Shown here one piece after another: positions 49,552 through 57,822 of a stretch of 64,000 bases of DNA (its first letter is position 1; each line of letters starts with the position of its first letter). The notes beneath the pieces are model-generated. The model did not search any database, was not told where the DNA came from, and was given only the letters and a program-made list of their open reading frames with translations. This stretch comes from a bacterium (GTDB taxonomy: Bacteria; Bacteroidota; Bacteroidia; Bacteroidales; UBA3663), in assembly GCA_963631395.1 (NCBI GenBank), contig CAVGQN010000007.1, forward strand, positions 165-64,164, given 5' to 3'. A program made the position numbers and the translations under genes.

Positions 49552-51360
49552 ATGAGAAATTCCAAATGGTTTGACAAGATTCTGACTTGGGAGAGCAACC
49601 ACGTCACCGAGCAACACCTGGTGCTGATACTTGCCTTCCTGACGGGCCTGGGAGGCGCTGTGGCCGCCCTTATCCTCAAATGGCTTATCCACACCTTCCA
49701 GCACCTGTTGGTCGCCCCCTTCGGCGAGGGAGCCGACTACCTCTACCTGCTGTGGCCGGCCGTCGGCATCCTCATAGCAGGCGTCTACGTGCGCTACATT
49801 CTCAAGGACGACATCTCGCACGGCGTCACCAAGATTCTGTACGCCATCTCCCAGCGCAAGTCCATCATCAAACTGCACAACATCTACTCCAGCATCCTGG
49901 CCTCGAGCGTGACCATCGGATTCGGCGGTTCGGTAGGTGCCGAGGCGCCTATCGTGCTGACGGGCTCTGCCATCGGCTCCAACCTGGGCCGTAAGTTCCG
50001 CCTGGACCAGCACGCACTGATGATTCTGCTCGGATGCGGAGCCACGGCCGCCATCGCCGGCATCTTCAAGGCCCCGATAGCCGGACTGCTGTTCACCATC
50101 GAGGTTCTGATGCTCGACCTGACGGCTTTCTCCATCATGCCCCTGCTCATCTCGTCGGTCACGGCTGCCTCCGTTGCCTATGCCGTCGACGGTCCAACGG
50201 CCATGTTCAGCTTCAACGACGTGATGGACTTCAACCTCGAGCGCATCCCGTTCGTCATCTTGCTGGGCATCTTCTGCGGCTTCGTGTCGCTCTATTTCAC
50301 CCGCACCACTTTCGTGGCCGAGGACTGGTTCAAGCGTATGCGCAGTCCGTGGACCAAATGGCTGTGCGGCGGCCTGTTCCTGAGCGTCTCCATCTTCCTG
50401 CTTCCTCCCCTCTACGGTGAGGGCTACGACAGCATCCAGCAGCTCTACAACGGCCACTACAGCGAGATTGCCGACCGCTCGCTCTTCGGCGCCCTTATCG
50501 ACCACACCGGCAGCGACGGCATACAAGACACGCAGTTCCTGGTCATCTGTGTGTTTATCGTCCTCATCATGCTGACCAAATCGTTTGCGACGGCTGCCAC
50601 CAACGGAGGTGGCGGTGTGGGCGGCACCTTCGCCCCATCCTTGTTCCTGGGCAACTTCGCTGGTTTTCTCTTTGCCTACGTCCTCAACCACTTCGGCTGT
50701 TTCACCTACCTGCCCTCGCCCAACTTCGCCGTGTTCGGCATGGCTGCGGTGATGAGCGCCGTGATGCACGCCCCCCTGATGGGCGTCTTCCTGTCGGCCG
50801 AACTGACCGGACGCTTCGACCTCTTCCTGCCGCTCATGATTGCCTCGTGCATCTCTTACGTCACGATTCTCTTCTTCGAGCCCTACTCCATCTACACCCG
50901 CCGTCTGGCACTCAAGGGCGAACTCATCACGCACCACAAGGACAAGGCCGTGCTCACGCTTCTGCACCTCGAGGATTTTGTCGAGACCGACTATCAGGTC
51001 ATCTCGCCCGACATGAAGCTCGGAGATTTGGTCAAGCTGGTGTCAAAGGCCCGCCACAACACCTTCCCGGTGTGCGAGAGCGACGGACACTTCCTGGGCA
51101 TCGTGACGCTCGACGACATCCGCAACATCATGTTCCAGCCCCGGCTCTACGACCGCATGTCGGTGCAGGACATCATGATTGGTCCGTTGGCCAAAATCCA
51201 TCCCGAGATGAATATGGCTGAAGTCATGAACCTCTTCGACAACACCAACGCCTGGAGCCTGCCCCTCATCGACCAGTCGGGCACCTATCTTGGCATGCTC
51301 TCCAAGAGCCATATCTTCAAGAGCTACCGCGAGATGCTGACCAAGTTCAGCGAGGACTGA
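49552..51360 (+). CDS. ClC-family chloride channel/transporter with a C-terminal CBS pair
   Basis: Track ORF of 602 aa. GSVGAEAP and GGVGGTFAPSL are selectivity-filter motifs. Two CBS-like repeats sit at the C-terminus. Confidence 0.88.
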   Translation: MRNSKWFDKILTWESNHVTEQHLVLILAFLTGLGGAVAALILKWLIHTFQHLLVAPFGEGADYLYLLWPAVGILIAGVYVRYILKDDISHGVTKILYAISQRKSIIKLHNIYSSILASSVTIGFGGSVGAEAPIVLTGSAIGSNLGRKFRLDQHALMILLGCGATAAIAGIFKAPIAGLLFTIEVLMLDLTAFSIMPLLISSVTAASVAYAVDGPTAMFSFNDVMDFNLERIPFVILLGIFCGFVSLYFTRTTFVAEDWFKRMRSPWTKWLCGGLFLSVSIFLLPPLYGEGYDSIQQLYNGHYSEIADRSLFGALIDHTGSDGIQDTQFLVICVFIVLIMLTKSFATAATNGGGGVGGTFAPSLFLGNFAGFLFAYVLNHFGCFTYLPSPNFAVFGMAAVMSAVMHAPLMGVFLSAELTGRFDLFLPLMIASCISYVTILFFEPYSIYTRRLALKGELITHHKDKAVLTLLHLEDFVETDYQVISPDMKLGDLVKLVSKARHNTFPVCESDGHFLGIVTLDDIRNIMFQPRLYDRMSVQDIMIGPLAKIHPEMNMAEVMNLFDNTNAWSLPLIDQSGTYLGMLSKSHIFKSYREMLTKFSED

Positions 51361-51374
51361 CAAAGGCCGTTTTG

Positions 51375-51489
51375 CAACCCAACTGGATTTTTTTTGAAAC
51401 TCAACTGGATTTATTTTAAAACCCAACTGGGTTTATTTTGGGCCATGACTGAGATGCGTTTTGCTTTTTGACTGAGATGCTGAATCCAT
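51375..51489. repeat. Five tandem units of about 22-25 nt starting 15 nt after the ClC stop
   Basis: CAACCCAACTGGATTTTTTTTGAAA at 51375-51399, CTCAACTGGATTTATTTTAAAA at 51400-51421 and CCCAACTGGGTTTATTTTGGGC at 51422-51443. Two further units each carry GACTGAGATGC, at 51447-51457 and 51470-51480. Confidence 0.7.
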
Positions 51490-51624
51490 CCGCCCGGCTT
51501 CGGTCAAAAAGTGTATGATGACGCTTGAAATTTTCACATTATCTTTGCACCGAGATTCCGCCTAAACAGATGTCGGAATCAGAAGATGCACTGAAAAGCG
51601 ATTGTATAAAAAACTAAGAGAAAC

Positions 51625-52140
51625 ATGCGTAAAGAATCGAGAGCAATGGACAGCAAATGGGCCTTGGAGGTAATGCACAAAGCTCCATACATTACCGTAA
51701 GTTTTGTAGATGCCGACGGGAAAGCATACTGCGTGCCTTTGTCGCTCGCATCGGAAGACGATGTGAACTGGTATTTCCACGGTGCCTTGGAGGGCAAGAA
51801 AATGGAAGCCATCGAGGCACACCCCGAGGTTTGTCTTTCGGCCGTAACCCGCTGCACACCTACCGTCGGCCCAAAAGACGGCAGTTTTACGTTGCAATAC
51901 AATTCGGCCATTGCTTTTGGCCAGGCTGAGATAGTCACCGATGACGAGGAAAAGATTCACGGACTTCGCCTGATTTGCCAACGTTTCCTCCCGCAACACA
52001 TGGACGCCTTTGACCAAAGCATAGCCCGTTCTTTATCCCGCACTGCCGTGGTGCGCATTTCAGTTACGGAACCTCCTGTCGGCAAGCGAAAGCAATACGA
52101 CAAAAACGGCGAGGAAATGAAATACGGGAGGATGGAATAA
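51625..52140 (+). CDS. Pyridoxamine 5'-phosphate oxidase-like FMN-binding family protein
   Basis: Track ORF of 171 aa with a split-barrel family pattern (PYITVSFVDADGKAYCVPLS ... AIAFGQAEIVTDDEEK). Confidence 0.75.
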   Translation: MRKESRAMDSKWALEVMHKAPYITVSFVDADGKAYCVPLSLASEDDVNWYFHGALEGKKMEAIEAHPEVCLSAVTRCTPTVGPKDGSFTLQYNSAIAFGQAEIVTDDEEKIHGLRLICQRFLPQHMDAFDQSIARSLSRTAVVRISVTEPPVGKRKQYDKNGEEMKYGRME

Positions 52141-52160
52141 CTAAAGAACGGCTTTCAACA

Positions 52161-52248
52161 CAGATAACTGCAAGTGACAACGCAGATATCTGCAATCGTA
52201 AATGCAGATATCTGCGTTGCCTTGTGCAGTCGACTGTACTTTTGCGGC
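52161..52248. repeat. Four exact 22-bp-period tandem units, each starting with a 10-12-bp palindrome; units 2 and 3 also form a 16-bp perfect inverted repeat
   Basis: Units: CAGATAACTGCAAGTGACAACG (52161-82), CAGATATCTGCAATCGTAAATG (52183-204), CAGATATCTGCGTTGCCTTGTG (52205-26) and CAGTCGACTGTACTTTTGCGGC (52227-48). AACGCAGATATCTGCA (52179-94) is the exact reverse complement of TGCAGATATCTGCGTT (52203-18). Confidence 0.85.
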
Positions 52249-52288
52249 TGGAGGACAAAATAAAGGGAAGGGCATTCCCCTCCGAACC

Positions 52289-53071
52289 TTATTTCTGTCC
52301 CCGGATATTCTCCCTGGAGCGGTTGATGTAGGCGAGCAGGCGGGATGTGTCGTGCTGGCGGATGATGTCGGAGAGCTCGGTCAGCTGCGCTACTATCGAG
52401 TCTATCTGCTCGGGCGAATGGGGATTGAAGAGAATCTCGGTCAGGAGATAATCGTCCTCACTGAGCAGGCCGCGGGCGATGTCCATATGCTTCTTGAACG
52501 TCGTGCCCGGAGCGTCCTGCGGTTTCATCACGCCCGTAAAGGCCAGGGTAGAGACGAAGGGAATGGTCAGCGAGTAGGCAATGGTTTCGTCGTGGCCGGC
52601 GAAGGTGTACTCGAAGATATTGAGCCGCAGACTGGCATAGACATCGTGGAAGAAAGCCTTGCCCGCCTCGTCGCTCTCGCTGATGATGATGGCATAGTTG
52701 CGGCTGAGGTCGCTGAGGTTGGCAAATGTCGGACCGAACATCGGATGCGTCGAGACAAAAGGATGGCCCGAAGCGGCATAGAACTCGGGCAGTCCCGTCT
52801 TGACAGACGCAATGTCGCTCAGCATACAGCGCTTGTCGAGATAGGGAAGCACCTGCTCGAAGACGGGCAAAGTGTTGCTGATGGTCACGGCATTGATGAG
52901 CAGGTCGGGATTGAACTCGCGGATTTCGTCGAAGGTGGTGAACCGGCGTACGTTCAGACAGTAGCGGAGTTTCTCCGCATGGCGGGCATAGACGGCCACG
53001 TCATGGTCCATACATAGTGTATCGGCCATGAACATGCCCATCTTGCCGCTGCCTAGGATTACAATCTTCAT
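52289..53071 (-). CDS. tyrA: Prephenate dehydrogenase
   Basis: Track ORF of 260 aa with an N-terminal Rossmann motif (MKIVILGSGKMG) and an SVK...HPMFGP core. Confidence 0.85.
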   Translation of the reverse strand: MKIVILGSGKMGMFMADTLCMDHDVAVYARHAEKLRYCLNVRRFTTFDEIREFNPDLLINAVTISNTLPVFEQVLPYLDKRCMLSDIASVKTGLPEFYAASGHPFVSTHPMFGPTFANLSDLSRNYAIIISESDEAGKAFFHDVYASLRLNIFEYTFAGHDETIAYSLTIPFVSTLAFTGVMKPQDAPGTTFKKHMDIARGLLSEDDYLLTEILFNPHSPEQIDSIVAQLTELSDIIRQHDTSRLLAYINRSRENIRGQK

Positions 53072-53086
53072 CGGAGGAGCAGGTTA

Positions 53087-54154
53087 CTAGCGGTTGATAA
53101 TCTCCATCTGCCGGCGTACGGACTCCGTGTGGATGGCTTCGAAGACGTCTTTGATGAAGTCTACCCCCATGCCGAGCTGCGCACCTTCCTGACTGCGTTT
53201 GGTCAGAATCTCGTCATAACGCTGGGCCTGCAGCACGGAGATGCCGTTCTCCTTCTTGTACTGGGCCACCTCGCACGATATGCGCATGCGCTTGGCCAGA
53301 ATCTCGAGTATCTTCTCGTCTATCTCGTCAATCTGCAGACGCAGGTCGGCCAGGTCTTCGGTCGTCTTGGCCGTGTCGCGGATGACCAGTGCGCGGAGTA
53401 TCTCCTCGAGCCGTTCGGGCGTGACCTGCTGCTTGGCATCGCTCCAGGCCTCGTCGGGATTGCAATGGCTCTCGATGATGAGTCCGTCGAAGCCGAGGTC
53501 CATGGCCTGCTGACTAAGCGGCTGGATGAGGTCGCGGCGTCCGCCCATGTGCGAAGGGTCGGCGATGATGGGCAGGTTCGGGAAACGACGGCGCAGTTCG
53601 ATGGCAATATGCCAGTTGGGCACATTGCGGTAGATGCTCTTGTCGGCGCTGGAGAATCCGCGGTGTATGACTCCCAGCCTGTGGATACCGGCGCGGTAGA
53701 TGCGCTCGATGCCGCCCACCCAGAGTTCGACGTCGGGGTTGACAGGATTCTTGATGAGCACGGGCACGTCGTGTCCCTGCAGGGTGTCGGCTATCTCCTG
53801 CATGGCGAAGGGGTTGGCCGTGGTGCGTGCGCCGATCCAGAGGATGTCTACGCCAAAGGCCAGGGCAGCCTCGACATGGGCCTTGGTGGCTACCTCAACC
53901 GAAGTGTACATACCGGTTTCGGCCTTGAGTTTCTGCAGCCACGGCAGACCAATCATGCCTACGCCCTCAAATCCGCCCGGCTTGGTGCGCGGCTTCCAGA
54001 TGCCGGCACGGAATACCTTAATGCCACGTGCTGCCAAATCACGACCTGTGGTCAGAACCTGCTCTTCACTCTCGGCGCTGCATGGACCGGCTATTACCAG
54101 CGGACGCTTGGCATCCATGCCCGGCAGCAGTATCGACTCGAAATTCATTTCCAT
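53087..54154 (-). CDS. Bifunctional 3-deoxy-7-phosphoheptulonate (DAHP) synthase / chorismate mutase type II
   Basis: Track ORF of 355 aa. An N-terminal KDSA/AroG-like TIM barrel is followed by a C-terminal CM_2 helical domain (LRLQIDEIDEKILEILAKRMRISCEVAQYK). Confidence 0.88.
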   Translation of the reverse strand: MEMNFESILLPGMDAKRPLVIAGPCSAESEEQVLTTGRDLAARGIKVFRAGIWKPRTKPGGFEGVGMIGLPWLQKLKAETGMYTSVEVATKAHVEAALAFGVDILWIGARTTANPFAMQEIADTLQGHDVPVLIKNPVNPDVELWVGGIERIYRAGIHRLGVIHRGFSSADKSIYRNVPNWHIAIELRRRFPNLPIIADPSHMGGRRDLIQPLSQQAMDLGFDGLIIESHCNPDEAWSDAKQQVTPERLEEILRALVIRDTAKTTEDLADLRLQIDEIDEKILEILAKRMRISCEVAQYKKENGISVLQAQRYDEILTKRSQEGAQLGMGVDFIKDVFEAIHTESVRRQMEIINR

Positions 54155-54242
54155 AATATATGCTTTTTAAGTAAGTTTTGTTTTATAAGTTCTTGTTAGT
54201 CCGACGCCCCAATGCGGTGACGGGCCTTGCCCTCGAAGCGCC

Positions 54243-55415
54243 TCAAAGTCCTGCGGCCTGTATGCGCAGCAAAGCTTCCTGCATCTTCTCGAACGGGGCG
54301 CAAAGGCTGATGCGGATGTATCGTTCGCCGTTGTGACCGAAGATGAATCCGGGCGTGATGAAGACGCGCGCCTGCTGCAGCACGGGTTCGGTGACGGACT
54401 CGGCTCCTGCAGCACTGTCGGGAATACGTCCCCACAGGAAGAGGCCGCGCTGGTCGGGGTCAAAGCTGCAGCCCAGATGTCGCATGATCTGCTCGGCGGC
54501 AATGCGGCGCACCTGATAGGCTTCATTCTGACGCTTGTAGTAGTCGGCCGGATTGTGAAGGGCGGCTACGGCAGCCTTCATCATGGGCCGGAACATGCCC
54601 GAGTCGACGTTGCTCTTCACGCGGACTATCCAATCGATGTACTCCTTCTTGGCCACCACGATACCCTGGCGCCATCCCGCCATCGAGTGGCTCTTTGACA
54701 TCGAGTTGAACTCCATGCAGATGTCTTTTGCTCCCGGCACACAGAATATCGACAGCGGCTTGTCGTTGAGGATGAACGAATAGGGATTGTCGTTGACGAT
54801 GACGATATTGTGACGGCGGCCGAAGTCGACTATCTTGCCGAGCAGCTCCATCGTGGCGCAATGGCCCGTCGGCATGTGCGGATAGTTGACCCACATCAGT
54901 TTGACCTCGTCGATGTCCGGACGGGCCTCAAGAGCGTCAAAGTCCGGTTCCCAATCGTGTTCGGGTGTCAGGTCGTAAGTCACTACCTCTGCCCCCACCA
55001 GCCGGCTGACGGACGTATAGGTCGGATAGCCCGGATCGGGCACGAGCACCTTGTCGCCGGGGTTGAGCAAGGCCATACTCACATGCATGATGCCTTCCTT
55101 GGACCCAATCAGGGGCAGCATCTCGGAGGCGGGGTCAAGCGTCACGCCATACCAATGTCCGTAGAAGGAAGCCCAGGCCTCTCTCAGTTCTGGCAGGCCC
55201 ACGTAGCTCTGATAGCTGTGCGCATCGGGCCGCATGACGTCCTCTATCAGGGCCATGACGGTCTCTGACGACGGCTTGAAGTCCGGGCCGCCGATGCCGA
55301 GGTTGATGACGGCAGGGCCGCCCTGACGGTTCATGGCTGCCACCTCCTTGAGCTTGCGCGAGAAGTAGTATTCCTCGACGTGGCCTATTCTTTGTGCGGG
55401 TCTTATCTCTTTCAT
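54243..55415 (-). CDS. PLP-dependent aminotransferase (class I), probably aromatic/prephenate aminotransferase
   Basis: Track ORF of 390 aa. NSMSKSHSMAGWR is the lysine motif. Its start overlaps the pheA stop (ATGA at 55412-55415). Confidence 0.85.
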   Translation of the reverse strand: MKEIRPAQRIGHVEEYYFSRKLKEVAAMNRQGGPAVINLGIGGPDFKPSSETVMALIEDVMRPDAHSYQSYVGLPELREAWASFYGHWYGVTLDPASEMLPLIGSKEGIMHVSMALLNPGDKVLVPDPGYPTYTSVSRLVGAEVVTYDLTPEHDWEPDFDALEARPDIDEVKLMWVNYPHMPTGHCATMELLGKIVDFGRRHNIVIVNDNPYSFILNDKPLSIFCVPGAKDICMEFNSMSKSHSMAGWRQGIVVAKKEYIDWIVRVKSNVDSGMFRPMMKAAVAALHNPADYYKRQNEAYQVRRIAAEQIMRHLGCSFDPDQRGLFLWGRIPDSAAGAESVTEPVLQQARVFITPGFIFGHNGERYIRISLCAPFEKMQEALLRIQAAGL

Positions 55416-56269
55416 CGGTCAAAGATTTCGGTATTCTCCTTGTACTCGCCCAGTATCTGGAAGTCGGTGGCAAAGGGCCGTACGGCGTCCAGGGCATTGC
55501 GGTACTGGATGTAGTCGTCGAAGGTCAGGTCGATGAAAAACCGGTACTCGAACTCGCGGCCGATGATGGGCATGCTCTGTATCTTGGTGAGGTTCATGCC
55601 GTAGAAGGAGAGGATGGTGAGCACTTTGGTCAGCGAACCCTGTGTGTGACGCACGCAGAAGTCGATGCTGGCCTTGTTGATTTCGTCGCGCTTGACGGTC
55701 AGGACCGGTGCGAACTTGTCCTGCAGAATGAGGAAACGGGTGAAGTTGCGCTTGTTGGTCTCTATCCCGCGGGCCAGTATCTCCATGCCGTACAGGTTGG
55801 CGGCATACTCCGAGCAGATGGCGGCATGGCCAACCAGGTTGCGCTCTTTGATGATCTTGGCCGAACCTGCCGTATCGGCCATCTCGGCTACCTTGACATT
55901 GGGCAGGCGCGTCTGCAGGAAGACCTCGCACTGACGCAGGGCTATCGGGTGAGAATTGACCTCGACGAGGTCGTCCATCTTCGTGCCCGGCAGAGCGCAC
56001 AGGACGTGGCTGATGTGCAGGCGATGCTCGCCCACAATCTGCAGTTGCGAGTTGCGCAGCAGTTCGTGGTTCTGCAGCAGGTTGCCGGCTATGGTGTTCT
56101 CGATGGCCACGATGCCCAGTACGCCCGGGTCTGCGGCCAGGGTGTCGAACACGCCCTGAAAGGTCGTGCAGCACACCGTCTCAAGGTCCTGGCCGGCGAA
56201 GTACTGCTTGGCCGCCCACTCGTGGTAACATCCCTTCTGGCCCTGTATGGCCACCTTCATTTTGCTCAT
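55412..56269 (-). CDS. pheA: Prephenate dehydratase
   Basis: The track ORF begins at a GTG (56371) and reads through a terminator hairpin. The ATG at 56269 (MSKMKVAIQGQKGCYHEWAAKQYF) is the plausible start, with ATG 56260 as an alternative. PDT and C-terminal ACT domains are present. Confidence 0.88.
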   Translation of the reverse strand: MSKMKVAIQGQKGCYHEWAAKQYFAGQDLETVCCTTFQGVFDTLAADPGVLGIVAIENTIAGNLLQNHELLRNSQLQIVGEHRLHISHVLCALPGTKMDDLVEVNSHPIALRQCEVFLQTRLPNVKVAEMADTAGSAKIIKERNLVGHAAICSEYAANLYGMEILARGIETNKRNFTRFLILQDKFAPVLTVKRDEINKASIDFCVRHTQGSLTKVLTILSFYGMNLTKIQSMPIIGREFEYRFFIDLTFDDYIQYRNALDAVRPFATDFQILGEYKENTEIFDR

Positions 56270-56281
56270 ATATGCGTTGTA

Positions 56282-56318
56282 TAAAAAAAGAAGTCCCGAC
56301 TTTTTAAGGTCGGGACTT
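56282..56318 (-). terminator. Attenuator terminator of the Phe/Tyr leader
   Basis: On the - strand AAGUCCCGAC-CUUAAAAA-GUCGGGACUU forms a perfect 10-bp stem, followed by C and seven U residues. It ends 13 nt upstream of the pheA ATG. Confidence 0.8.
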
Positions 56319-56363
56319 ATGTGGTTTATGAATTTATCAGCTTTGCTTGTTTCACCGTTTCGC

Positions 56364-56447
56364 TCATGCACACACGCGACTGCCCGACCTTACATCTTCT
56401 GCAAAGTAAAAATAATAATAGGAATAAAATCGTCCAAAAGACTTCAT
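56364..56447 (-). CDS. Phe/Tyr-rich leader peptide (27 aa) of the pheA-tyrA operon
   Basis: Manual translation gives MKSFGRFYSYYYFYFAEDVRSGSRVCA*. Nine of the twelve codons 4-15 are Phe or Tyr. The ORF lies between a promoter and the attenuator terminator. Confidence 0.75.
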   Translation of the reverse strand: MKSFGRFYSYYYFYFAEDVRSGSRVCA

Positions 56448-56479
56448 GTCGGATGTGAAACTTTTATTATTTTCGGCGG

Positions 56480-56511
56480 CAAAGGTAAAGCATATTTTCT
56501 GCACTTCCAAA
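56480..56511 (-). promoter_or_regulatory. Bacteroidetes-type promoter of the aromatic operon leader
   Basis: On the - strand, TTTG at 56511-56508, a 20-nt spacer, then TACCTTTG at 56487-56480. It lies about 33 nt upstream of the leader ATG. Confidence 0.6.
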
Positions 56512-56706
56512 TTTTTGGCAGATTTTTTGCCATTTATATTTTACTTTTCCGACAAAACCGCTTGGAGATAGGGCTTTTTAGCACCTAAAATGCAACTAAT
56601 CGTGCAAAATGCATTATCTTTGCGCTTGTATCGGGACGGACCCGAATCTGTTTGAACAAGACATTATCTACACACTATACCAAATTATAACGTAAAATTT
56701 AAGATT

Positions 56707-57705
56707 ATGGTAAATTACAAAGATCTGGGCCTGGTCAACACCCGTGAGATGTTTGCCAAGGCAGTAAAGGGCGGATATGCCATTCCGGCCTTCAACTTCA
56801 ACACAATGGAGCAGATGCAGGCTATCGTACAGGCAGCCGTTGAGACCAAGTCTCCTGTCATCATGCAGGTTTCGAAAGGCGCCCGCAAGTACGCCAACCC
56901 GACCATCCTCCGCTACATGGCTGAAGGTGCCGTACAGTATGCCAAGGAGTTGGGTCTGCCCAATCCTCAGATTGTCCTCCACCTCGACCACGGCGACAGC
57001 TTCGAGACTTGCAAGGACTGCATCGACATGGGCTTCTCTTCAGTGATGTTCGACGGTTCTGCCCTCCCATACGAGGAGAACATCAAGATCACAAAGCAGG
57101 TTGTTGACTACGCTCACAAGTACGACGTTACGGTCGAGGCCGAGCTCGGCGTATTGGCTGGCGTAGAGGACGAGGTTAGCTCTGCTACATCTCACTATAC
57201 CAAGCCCGAGGAGGTTATCGACTTCGCTACCCGTTCAGGTTGCGACTCTCTGGCCATCTCTATCGGCACAAGCCACGGTGCATACAAGTTCACTCCTGAG
57301 CAGTGCACACGCGACCCCAAGACCGGCAAACTCGTTCCCCCTCCGCTGGCATTCGACGTGCTCCACGAAATCGAGAAGAAGCTCCCCGGATTCCCTATCG
57401 TACTCCACGGTTCTTCATCAGTTCCACAGGAAGAGGTCGACACCATCAACAAGTATGGCGGCAAGCTGCCTGATGCCATCGGTATCCCTGAGGAGCAGCT
57501 CCGCGAGGCTGCCAAGAGCGCTGTCTGCAAGATCAACATCGACTCAGACTCACGTCTGGCTATGACTGCAGCTATCCGCAAGCACCTGGCCGAGAATCCT
57601 TCACACTTCGATCCTCGCCAGTACCTCACTCCTGCCCGCGACAATATGAAGAAGATGTACATCCACAAGATTGTAGACGTACTCGGATCAAACGACAAAC
57701 TCTAA
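56707..57705 (+). CDS. fba: Class II fructose-1,6-bisphosphate aldolase
   Basis: Track ORF of 332 aa. AIPAFNFNTMEQMQAIVQAA...HLDHG...HGSSS. A -7-like box TATCTTTG is at 56615-56622. Confidence 0.94.
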   Translation: MVNYKDLGLVNTREMFAKAVKGGYAIPAFNFNTMEQMQAIVQAAVETKSPVIMQVSKGARKYANPTILRYMAEGAVQYAKELGLPNPQIVLHLDHGDSFETCKDCIDMGFSSVMFDGSALPYEENIKITKQVVDYAHKYDVTVEAELGVLAGVEDEVSSATSHYTKPEEVIDFATRSGCDSLAISIGTSHGAYKFTPEQCTRDPKTGKLVPPPLAFDVLHEIEKKLPGFPIVLHGSSSVPQEEVDTINKYGGKLPDAIGIPEEQLREAAKSAVCKINIDSDSRLAMTAAIRKHLAENPSHFDPRQYLTPARDNMKKMYIHKIVDVLGSNDKL

Positions 57706-57762
57706 GCACCGACGGTTAGGCTCTGCACAAGGGCCTTTCCGCTTTGCATAGCATAATAACCC

Positions 57763-57811
57763 GAGAGGGGCAGAATGGTAATTTCCCATTCTGCCCCTCT
57801 CTCTTTTTTTC
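57763..57811 (+). terminator. Intrinsic terminator after fba, between convergent genes
   Basis: GAGAGGGGCAGAATGG (57763-78) and CCATTCTGCCCCTCTC (57786-801) form a perfect 16-bp stem, followed by TCTTTTTTT. Confidence 0.85.
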
Positions 57812-57822
57812 TTTTGCTTCTA

